A stretch of DNA of 64,000 bases from Mesotaenium endlicherianum (Eukaryota): NCBI GenBank assembly GCA_009602735.1, contig WELA01001870.1, positions 48,202-112,201 on the forward strand. Reading direction: 5' to 3'. Numbering within the stretch: position 1 is the first letter of the stretch; every line of letters begins with the position of its first letter. The notes beneath the pieces are model-generated. The model saw only the letters and a program-made list of their open reading frames with translations, ran no database searches and had not been told where the DNA came from. The position numbers and the translations under genes were made by a program. Below, piece by piece: positions 11,587 to 21,761 of this stretch.

Positions 11587-13396
11587 AGGAACTTCATGAT
11601 CCAGGGTGGCGACCCGACGGGCACGGGCCGCGGGGGCGAGTCCATCTGGGGCAAGCCGTTCAAGGACGAGGTGAGCTCGAAGCTGCTTCACTCGGAGCGC
11701 GGCGTGCTCAGCATGGCCAACAGCGGGCCCCACACCAACGGCTCGCAGTTCTTCGTGCTCTACAAGTCGGCGCCGCACCTCAACTACAAGCACACGGTGT
11801 TTGGCCGCGTCGTGGGCGGCCTGGAGGTGCTGGCGGCCATGGAGCGTGCGGAGGTCGACGACGACGACCGCCCTCTGGTTGGCCTCCTCTCCGCCCCTGC
11901 TGCTGCCCCCGCTGCTGCTGCCCCTAATGCTGCCCCCGCTGCTGCTGCTGCTGATGCTGCTGTTGCTGCTGCAGTTAGTGCTGGTTCTAGTGCTGGTGCT
12001 GGTGCTGCTGCTGCAGTGCCTGCGGAGGTCGCGGCGGAGGTGGCAATGGCTGCTGGTGTTACTGCTGCGGCAGTTACGGCTGCTGCTGAGTAAATGTGTG
12101 TGTGTGTGTGTGTGCGTGCGTGTACGCGCATGTGTGCGTCCTCAATGTCTGCATGCGTGTCCGCGTGCTTGTTCCCTGTGTGGCGTTTACGTAGCGTGCA
12201 GTTGTAATGCGTACTTGGAAGTTGTTGTACAGCCGCTATTGCTTGCCGCCAGCACGTCTGCTACGATGGCACGTGCATGCGCGCGTGGGAGCATGCGTCC
12301 ATATGTCTGCGCAAACTCCCCCTGTGTCTGCTCGTTGCCGGGCGCTTGATGGGCGGGCAGCTATGACTTCTTTGGAGCTTTACATCCCCCTCTCCTTGCC
12401 GCAATCTTGTGCCCTGCCTCTGGGAGGCTTGGGGCTTAAACCCTTGTCCTGCTTGTTGCTTGCTCTGATCTTTCGAGGCAAGCTTCGCGGGTGTGCTGGC
12501 TTGCTGTGTGTGTTCAGAGCGAGATCAAAATCATCAGCACGGAGGTCTTTGTGAACCCGTACACGGAGCCCGAGGAGGAGAAGGAGGCGGAGAAAGTACT
12601 CACTGTCGAGGAGCAAGAGGAGAACGTAAGACTCTCTGTCTCTCTCTTCTGATGTCGGCATTGTCTTCTCGCGTACATGTTGTGACCCCTCAAACGTGTA
12701 CAATGTGCGGATGCTATGTCGTGCTCCTATTTTTAGGTCAGAAGTTGCCCACTCCGTTATCCATGTGAAATTGCACACCTCTTGCATGCGGTTGTATGAT
12801 TGATAATTCCATTAGCGTGCACGAGAGTCGCGTGCATGAAAGTCGTGCAGCGAGAGCGTGTTTGCATACGTAATGCTTGCGATAATTGAAGCAACGAAAG
12901 ATTTTGAGCATGCGAGGCTTCATACAAGCATAGTTAGACTAACGCATCACACCTCATCAATCAGTAGCGGTGGTTTTTAGTTCCGCTTTAGATGGAAAGA
13001 ATTTACAGGGGTGAAGCATAGAGTGCCATGTGTCTTTATTTTGTATCTTTGCCAAGTGTCTGCTTATTCCATACCCTGTCATTCTTTTGATGCAAGTCTT
13101 ACGTCACCCTGTTTGCAATTTAAGGCTTTGTGTATTGGTTGCATGGTGGTGGATGCCTGTGTACTATTTCCACTGTGCAGGAAAAGGTGGGTGCTTGGTA
13201 CAGTAATCCCGTTCAAGCCCAAGGCCTGGTAGCGCATAAGGTAGGCGTCGGCAAATATATGAGACCTCTCACTGCACCCAAGGTAGGAGCTAGTGACGCC
13301 AACGATAGCATTGCCGTTGTTGCGGACGAAGCGCCCCCGCCAAAGAGACGAAAAGAATCCACAAAGGGAGGATTTGGCGACTTCTCTGGTTGGTGA
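2827..13396 (+). CDS. PPIL2: U-box/RING cyclophilin (peptidyl-prolyl isomerase-like 2; plant CYP65/PUB49 orthologue), 11 exons
   Basis: GT-AG exons: 2827-2954, 4474-4536, 5052-5155, 5988-6079, 6738-6802 (cut by N at 6803), 7301-7376, 7872-8368, 9113-9369 (identical copy at 10364-10620), 11589-11877, 12518-12625, 13181-13396. Translation gives [53 protein letters not shown] (U-box region), a cyclophilin domain ([67 protein letters not shown]) and C-terminal GGFGDFSGW*. Confidence 0.95.
6097..6194 (+). repeat. Imperfect (CTG)n tract at the 5' end of PPIL2 intron 4
   Basis: ctgctgctgctgccgttgctgctgctctcctgctcctgctgctg... starts about 17 nt after the donor at 6080. Confidence 0.85.
7615..7678 (+). 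repeat. (CA)n microsatellite in PPIL2 intron 6
   Basis: Long uninterrupted cacaca run preceded by (cg)n. Confidence 0.95.
8174..10674 (+). repeat. Exact 1250-bp tandem duplication (8174-9423 = 9425-10674), probable assembly artefact
   Basis: The two copies appear identical at an offset of 1251 and each ends at a single N (9424, 10675). The ORF track repeats identical translations at +1251. Confidence 0.9.
11897..12088 (+). repeat. Degenerate (GCT/CTG)n tract at the 5' end of PPIL2 intron 9
   Basis: gctgctgcccccgctgctgctgcc...; it produces a spurious poly-Ala read-through in the ORF track. Confidence 0.8.
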
Positions 13397-14539
13397 TGGA
13401 AGCGTTAGTGATTTGGGATGTTTTAGCATACATTGTGGGTCATCGTGTAGATATTTCAAAAATTGACATGTAGGATAAAAGCCCTGTACATATGCATTAC
13501 CTCAAGTTACTTTGCTCCAATGCATTGCATTTGTCAAAAACATCAGAGACGAAAATGTTCAATGAGGACTCACTTGCGTGAAATGGTTTAGTAGATCCTT
13601 TTTGCAAGGACGCGACTTTGCTGATGAAGGTAATTTTCATACACAATCTTAAGCTTTGGCGCTGGCAAGTGGAGTTTCTTGAACGTGCAGTTTACCGAGA
13701 GATTAAATTTTCTACGGAAGTCATAAAAAATTGACATACAAGTTGAAAGTTGCCTCTATCTTAGTGTGAATTAAGTGTTGGCCAATGCAATTTGGGCAAC
13801 AAACATTAGTTGAAGAGATATTCAGTCTAACCTTTTTAAAAGTACTATTGGTATAACGCCTTTTCTCCATGTAGCAGCTATACTTCTGATTGTTACATGC
13901 TGAATGCTCCAAGCATGCTTCCTGCATGCTAACTAAATACATACGGAAACTAATAAGGAGAAGCTTTCTCTCTTTATAGTTCCCAGGGAGAGGCTTCTGC
14001 TTGCAAGTTACGTGCTTCGTGAGAAAAAAATTGAAGGTTTGACGGAAGATGCTTAGTGGTTCAGTTTGTAGACATCTGAGTACATTTGAGTACAGGGTAT
14101 CATGCATACCATACGTCTAAGTTTTAATAGGATGTTCATGATGTGATGTTTGAACGCGCTGATTCGGAACGCACCAGCTCTTGGCTGCAATGCAACTCAC
14201 GTCGATCGTTTTTTAAAGAACTATTTTCAACCGTTCGATCAACATTGATCAGACAATTCTTTGGGCATCTTACAAAGGCCACGGTGGCAGCGAGTTTCTC
14301 CAGTGGTCAATAGTCAGATGGAGTCAGAGTGGATCTCCAGTGATATGCAGCGAGTTCGGCGACTCAACAACGCGACGTCATAACGCATAGCTTTCTGAGT
14401 ACGTCTCAAAGCCACATCGATCCCGTTCTGACCATTTTGACCTGCCTAAAACATTCTGGAAAATTTGAGAACAATAAGGCGAAGCATTCGGCATTCGGCT
14501 GATTGCAGCATCGAGGGTCTCGAAGCGTTGACATCGAGA

Positions 14540-14580
14540 CTTTCAGCCACTTTCAGCCACTTTCAGCTGCTTTCAGCAGC
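14540..14580 (+). repeat. 10-bp tandem repeat x4 (ctttcagcca-like) upstream of COMT-1
   Basis: c tttcagccac tttcagccac tttcagctgc tttcagcagc. Confidence 0.8.
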
Positions 14581-14913
14581 CCGGCTTAACGTAGCAGGCT
14601 GCCCGCTGCTGCCTCCTGCTCCCCGTCCACACCCGTCAGAAACGGTCCTTCACGGTCGAAAGTCGTGAGTTCTGCCGTAACTCGTGTGCGACACCGACTT
14701 CAGGCCCTGGTTCCGTTTGCTTCCATATAAGACCAGAAAATCTCCGACGACAAAGGCGTACATGTGCATTCTTTGAGCTCGATCTTACTAACTCAAAATT
14801 CACTTCCTTTTACTAAACATTGTTCCCGAACTCCGAGGTGGTCAATTCTGTCGCCCCAAAGCAGTGCAATTTGACGTTGTGCATTATTCAGAAGTTGCCT
14901 ACCTCGTCTAGCA

Positions 14914-16479
14914 ATGGCAGCTGTAGCCGCAAAAACTATCTACCCCACTGAGGATTTTATTCATGGATACTGCTATAAGGAGGTCGAAGGCCAGGCCACC
15001 AAAGAGCAGTTGCTCCTTGAGCACGTGAAGAAGGTCAGTAAGATCTTTTCTACGATCTTCATTTTCCTGCAGTTGGCTATTTGTCCGGGAAGAAGGGGTT
15101 CTCTAGGTGTTTTTAGCCGTAGTTGAAAGAGATTTCCTGAAAGCATCGTAGATGCATTGAGGGATTTGTACACTTATCATGTAGAAGGTGGTTTCTCCAT
15201 CCGATCGGTGTAGGCTCGATACCCAGCAACATTCTTTGAGCTTAACCATATGTTTTTCCCGTTGTGCAGACTGCCCCTGCAGGCAATCCTGGGGCAGTCA
15301 TCGACGCTATAGACGCATATGCCTGGGACGGCAACTTCTTCATGAATGTGGGTGATATTAAAGGGAAAATTGTGGACGACGAGATCAAGGCAAAGAACCC
15401 CAAGGTTGGTCATCAATGAGCATTCTTACCTGACTCTTGTTCACAAGCAAAAATAGTAGTCCTCGTTCGGCAGCAGCTATGCGAATTGAGCTGGTTGTGA
15501 TATCTGGCAGCTGAACTATAGTACCTGCTACATTGCCTGCCTTAGTTGTACATACATGTTGTAAACAAACAGTCCACGCGCGATTGTGTAATCATTAGAG
15601 CAATTACAATAGGCGTCATATAGCTCACTGGTGTTCATTGTTGAACGAAGTTTGACATGCTTGTAGTTCTGAAACTTGTAGACCACCTTTGGGGCTTTTT
15701 ATATATAATTGGACCTGACATCACAGAATCCCTTTCTTACCTGAACAGGTTGCCCTTGAGCTGGGTGCCTACTGTGGATACTCCAGCATCCGTATGGCCC
15801 AATTCATGGAACCAGGTAGCAAGCTGTACTCAATTGAGTTCATGGAAAGGAATGCAGCAGTTGCCAGAGGAATGGCAGAGCATGCTGGCGTCTCTGACAA
15901 GGTTGAGTACATCATCGGCACGCTGACTACCACTGGACTGGAGGTATGTGCCAGCCGACCCTAGCATCTGAACAATTATCACCAGTATAATGCATTTGAC
16001 CCAGAACGGTATCGAGGCTATGTCATCTCTGTGTCATACTATGCTCAAACAGATCCACATAGACCGGGTATCAAGTTGTTGTGGTATGGCCCGAGTCTCA
16101 CAATGGGCGTTCAGTAATGGGTGAGACTCCAGTTCATGCGTGTCAGCACCTTGACTGCTGCAGCTGATCTCGAGTACAATGCTCCTTTTGATGTCATCAG
16201 GGACTGAAGGAGAGGGGCGTGACCAGCCTTGACTTCGTCTTCATTGACCATCACAAGGACCACTACCTGTCAGATCTCCTTGCCCTGAAGGAGAGTGGTT
16301 TGCTTAAGAAGGGAACAGTTATTGTAGCTGACAATGTTCTTTTCCCTGGAGCACCCGCTTACCTTGCTCATGTGAGGGAAGCTACAGACCTCAAAACTGT
16401 TGAGCACAAAACCAAGTCTGAGTACAGTACCGAGAGGGACGATATTGTCACTGTTTCTGTCTATGAGCCAGCTGTTTAG
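14914..16479 (+). CDS. COMT: Mg2+/SAM-dependent catechol O-methyltransferase (COMT family), copy 1, 4 exons, 242 aa
   Basis: Exons 14914-15033, 15270-15404, 15749-15943, 16201-16479 (all phase 0, GT-AG). Motifs: MNVGDIKGKIVD, LELGAYCGYS (SAM), SIE, DFVFIDHHKDHY (Asp + catalytic Lys), KGTVIVADNVLFPGAP (Mg ligands Asp/Asn), KSEY. These align closely with the mammalian COMT motifs MNVGDKKG/LELGAYCGYS/DHWK/ADNVICPGAP. Confidence 0.92.
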
Positions 16480-18523
16480 ATGGGTACTTACATTACCTGA
16501 GGAATTACAATGAAACCATTTTCTTTGTTTATAATATCCTATTGTACATCCTCTCAATAATGTATACTTATTTCATTTATTGTTCTCGACAATTGTAGAG
16601 ACCTCGTATGCGCTGGGTTTATCGCCATTTTGCGGGTGTGTATGCTATCGGTTGATGATGGCTATGGTTTATTTCATAACTTCTGTACACCAATGCAATG
16701 TCTGAGTCTGTGGGTGTACTTAATCTCCCTGGAGGCGGAAACTTTAGTAATGCTAGTGCCTACAGGACGTGTGAAGAGGCCCTTCCAGTGAGCAATTAAA
16801 GATTTAGTTTCTATGTGTATTGGGGAGCGGCGTGCCGGTGCTGTATTTTGCTCAACAAATACCACTGACAGAGTATAACGAGAGCTGCTTTGACCAAGTA
16901 CTGTCTTTCAATACTACCGTGTCTCTTGGTAATTTATGGGAGAATTCTCATAGGGTACTCTAAAAAAGTTCTTTTGATATTACCTATTCGAAGGAGCATA
17001 TAGCCTCTTGCAAACAAGCTTAGCAGCCTGGTATCAAATATTCTACTGACTTCCCAGTCTCATAAGAGAGGGCAGCCCTCAGCCGTTCACTCCAATATCT
17101 CATAATGCAGGAGTGCATGGGGCTTTATCGGGGATAGACTTTGGTTCTACAGCTAGTGCAAGATGAGTTCTCATTGTTGCTGGAGCTTCCCTCTCTCTTT
17201 GACTTAGTTGCGGCCGACCTGACTTAGACTTAAGCTGGGTTGCTACTTGTGCTTCATATGGAAGGGTCAAGGGAAGAAGATGCAACAAAGACTTTCAATA
17301 CCTCTTGTCTTTTTCATATAACCAGTGTGATAGTCAGTTGTAGACAGATTCAGTGGTAAATTGATTGTGACCTCTGGTGAGCCGACTCTCACACTAGTGC
17401 CATGTATCCACTTTTTTCTACGACACCATATACGTGGGAGAAGTGGGGTATGCTCATGGACCTATGGGAATGAAAGGACTCCACGCCGCTGCTCCAGTAA
17501 TATTTATTTGGTAGTGGGATCTGTATACACACAGTATTACAAACCAATGTGTAATTGGCGCTATTGCTCCGCATCCGGAAAAATGCCCAGTACTCAGCAC
17601 CTGACAAACTGTACCTGCACTAATTGGCTTCTGTTGTGAATTTATTGACTTGTCCACTCATCCTGGCTTACATAATCGATGCTCCTACATTTCAAAATAC
17701 CAGTAGCTTTGTGACAATTGCTAGGGTGGAATGGATGGGCCATTTTAACCTGGAAGTAAAGGGTTGGGCGCATGTCTGGACCAATGTGAATGACCACTGG
17801 TTCAGTCAAGTGGGGAGTTTAGGCTCACTTTTAATACATTATGTTGCAATTCTGTGAGCTGCAAATATGAGAACATCTTCTTATCCTTGGTCTGCTATGA
17901 CTAGAATAGGTGCGGCAACTCTCAAGTAAGAGCTTCGCTTGGGAATTAAGATATTAATATCCGTCTGATAAACTTTCTAGGCTGATAATCAAGTGTGCCC
18001 ATCAACTTCCCTAAGAATGGAACCCGCTAATGAAGAAAAAGATGTGTTCAGCTTCTTAAACTCCATGTGAGCCTACTCTGTCAACTCTACAAATCATGGA
18101 CGTGAGAAGGCTCCGTAACACCATTTCCAGTAAATTTCAGGTCTCTTTGACTGTGCTTCCAATATTAAACAATAAACAATAGAAGAAAGTTGAGACGGTT
18201 TCTGCTTCCATCAGTGACAGCATGTAGAGCGAGCCGTTGCATGCTGCTTCCACGACACTTTCTAAAGGAAGGTCAAGCTAGGATAATGGCACATCCAAAC
18301 CCCTTGGGTGAGCTTATTATTTCCTGAAGTTGCGCTTCTGGTTGCTTACACAACAACGTCCAAAGCAAAAACAGCAGCTGTCGCCTCCAAATCACGAGAA
18401 GGAGCTGTGCAAGAAGCAAGGGCTGCAGTAGGGAGAGCCCAATACGCATTGACATGGCAGTGCACTGCCAAAGGCTCTCGATTGCCTGACCCTGAAGTCC
18501 ATCCTGCAGGCAGCCATCAATTA

Positions 18524-19640
18524 GGTGCAGTGTGAACAGGGGCACGCAATCTCTGAGCTTGCCTCAGGTGCGTGTCCTGAGCGTGGGCCCGAGCCATGCG
18601 CTTCTGCCGGGACCGCACCTTGCCAACCTGCGGTCCAACGGGGGCCGGTCCACTCCGCGCTGCGCAAGTGCAGCAGTGTGGCACACTTGCAGCTGGAAGT
18701 TCCCGGGCCCCCGCCCTGCGAGCTGCGGCGGCGCCAGGCCTTTGCGAGGGCTGGCCGAGGGCTTCCCTCGCATATCACCTCCTTCGGCATCGACTCCAAC
18801 GGGAGTGGGAGGGCTCTGCCTGGCCTCTAAGCACTTCCTTTTCCTCGTGACGGGACTGCAGGAGCTGAGGCTCGTGTACATCGACAGGGGCAGGCAGGCA
18901 GTGCCGGGGAGCAGCAGCGGGGAGATGATGTGGGGAGGCGCGTGGCGCGAGTTCCACGCCCGGCTGGCAGGCCTGGACTTTCTGCGCGCTCAGGGGCCCG
19001 CGCACGCCGACGCTGGACTACGAGAGCCTCTGCTTCGCGGTCCGAGGTGGAGCTGGCGCACACGGGGGGCCGCACCGACTTCACAGCCTGCCCATGAGCG
19101 CCACACAATCGGAGCTCCCCGCGCTGCACGCTTCCACCTGGTGGCCCCCGGTGCAGGCCACGTGGCCTTGGGCCCCACATGTCTGTGGGAACTGGAGGCC
19201 TTAGTGAGCCTGCACCTTCGCTGCTTAGGCTGGCACCTCCCAGGCTTGCTGCTTGCAGACTGCGGGGGGCATGCACGCCCCGGAGAAGCTCAACCTACGC
19301 TTTGGCCCCGGCACCATCGGCAACGCGGAGCTTGCTCCCCTGGACCCGGCCGCGAGCCGCCTGCCTAGGTTAACTTTGCTGGCGCTGTCCTACAGGCGGC
19401 TGGCGGGCACCTGGGCGGCAGGCGCAAAGGTTTATTACAAAGCACTCAGCAAAGGTTGAAAAGGCGTGGTGGAAGAAGCGCGCGACTCGAACCTGAGCCG
19501 AGGGGCGCAGACAGTACCGTCGATGCCCGCCCCCTGCTTGTGGGGGACAAAGGCGGGGCTCAGCTCCAGCACTTTAATCGCGCGAGAGAGGGAGTACACC
19601 AGATGCAAGACAGTTTCCCACCTGATGCAGAGCCTGAAGT
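18524..19640 (+). pseudogene. Frameshifted GC-rich remnant of a leucine-rich-repeat (F-box/RNI-like) gene
   Basis: LxxLxL-type segments are spread across shifting frames: PQVRVLSV, LRKCSSVAHLQLEV, LPSHITSFGID, LQELRLVY, LEALVSLHLRC, PEKLNLRF, LPRLTLLALSY. They are separated by stops and frameshifts, and the segment is GC-rich relative to its flanks. Confidence 0.5.
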
Positions 19641-20084
19641 CGAGCACGTTGTCCTGTTACCAAGTGGGGTACAATGGTCCACAAATATATTTCTCTACAA
19701 AACCTTATCGACAGTCTTGTTTATCAGGAGACAGGTTATCTATTTGCGTGGAAGAATTTTCCACAATTTACGTCAAAACTATGACGTACTCTGCGCTTAG
19801 TATAACCTCACAATATACAAAACTGTATGCGCAATATGCATAGCCACGGCATTTGGCTCCGTTTTGACAAGTAGGTGGATCATAGCCTAACTCTCCAGAC
19901 GAGACTGAAAAGCTCAGTCTGAAATGTGTTCAGCATTTAGCCAAGCAGAAAAATCTATTTCTCACAAGTAGGTTGCACTTGCCAGAATTGGTGTAATAAT
20001 TTCCTTCATCAAGATACTCCATATATACAGCTAAAATTATGCTGCGAAAATGGCACATCACAATTGAGTCGCTCTTGTCTGGCA

Positions 20085-21761
20085 TTACTCGAGGAAGGTG
20101 GTTACTGTCACTAAATCATCCACATCTGTATACTCCACCTTAGTCTTATGCTGCACAGTCTGCAGAGCGCTACTCTTGGTCACATAATCTAGATAGTCTG
20201 GGGCACCTGGATATAGTACGTTGTCTGCAACCACAATACTACCCTTCTTCAAGAGCTTGACCTCTGCTAGAAAAAGTAAATCCTTTAGATATAGGACCTT
20301 ATGATGGTCTAGTAACAAGAGATCAATTTGTTTGACACCGTGACTCTTCAAAGTCTGCAACCACAAACGAGATTGGAGTGTCAGAAAAGTTTTGTATGAG
20401 CCCTCAATATAGTTGTTGCGCTCTGCTTCGTACAATCATTCAGGAGGGGAAGCATACTTTTTGCGTCAATCTGACCCTGCAGAAATAGTGCTATTGAAGA
20501 AACAACGTACATGAGCAATCAAGCACAAATGTAAAAATACACATACATACACAGAGCTGGACATCAACTGTACGCAGAGTGCAAACATTGAGAAGCAGTG
20601 CAGGCGTCGAATGTAGCACCTCTATGGAGTTCTGAATAGACCCCTCCACAACAGTGACCTTGTCTGAGAGCCCAGCATGGGCAGTCATTTGTCGAGCAAT
20701 AGCCGCATTTCTTGGATTAATTTCAATCGAGAAGAGCTTGCTGCCCGGTCGCGTGAGGTTCTTTGCTATCCGAGTAGCCGAGTATCCGCAGTATGCACCC
20801 AGCTCCACAGCCACCTGGCGCCAAAGCCGCAAAATTGGATCATTAAGTCAGAGAATACGGGGAGAATCAATTGCACGCATACAATAGGCATTATGCGTGC
20901 ATCTTACGGCCAGAGAGAGGAGCAAAGAATCACAAGGCCAGAAAATGCAAGGCAGAATGTAAGTGCGCTCATATTCTCGGCACACACCACCCAAAGAGGG
21001 GCAACAAGAGCTTTCATCACTACAGTGCACAGGACACCACAGTGGAACATACTATTTCACCCCTGCCGCACAGTGGGAGACAACCAATGTGCAACAGCAG
21101 CGCATATGACTCCTAAAAGAAAACGATTACTGCGTGTGATGTTTTAACTCTGACCAAAAATTGTACTCACACAATATTTGAAGAAGCTGAAACCACACAC
21201 TACTCTGACTTTGAACAAAGACCACTCTTGTATTTCTCGGGCAAAAGCAAGTCGTAGCTCACCAGGGGATCTGCCTGCTTCACAGCATCCTCGAGAAGAA
21301 TCCCTTTCTGATCTCCAATGCACATGAACCAGTTACCTTGCCAAGCATAATCGTCGACAGCTTTTAGCACGGCATTGGCATCCCCGGCAGGTGCAACCTG
21401 TACACAAAATAAACCCCATTGGTGGATACTTAATAACACCATGACAGAACATGATGGTCGTGCGAAGCCTTTCATGGCCCAGCAACCACCAATCTAGAAG
21501 CAGCCACAACCAGCAGAATCATTGTTTGGAAAGTTAGACAAACAAATAGAGCTCCTAATGATCCCAACTTAATTGGTCATAAATCCAGCGAAAACAAGCG
21601 CTCGCAAGGGTTATTCAAAATTGCAGCCATACATTTTTAACGTGCTGCAACAGAGTTTCCTCTCTGGATGGTTGCCCTTCCACAATAGCGTGACCTTGGT
21701 TTGTGTGCCCTTCCGGTTCCACTGACAAAGGTTCTCTGTCTGAACTCGTTGATGATGCCAT
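20085..21761 (-). CDS. COMT: Catechol O-methyltransferase (COMT family), copy 2, 4 exons, 242 aa
   Basis: Exons (minus) 21761-21633, 21397-21263, 20814-20620, 20354-20085, all phase 0. Motifs: FMCIGDQKG, VELGAYCGYS, SIEINP, LLDHHKVLY, KGSIVVADNVLYPGAPDY, KVEY. Internal exon lengths (135, 195 nt) match copy 1. Confidence 0.92.

Noticed and set aside
11878..12093. Ala-rich C-terminal extension of the cyclophilin ORF
   Set aside because: Read-through into an intronic GCT repeat. The conserved C-terminus continues in exons at 12518 and 13181.
16600..18300. Possible gene or TE remnant between COMT-1 and the LRR remnant
   Set aside because: Only short ORFs without recognisable motifs, TIRs or TSDs.
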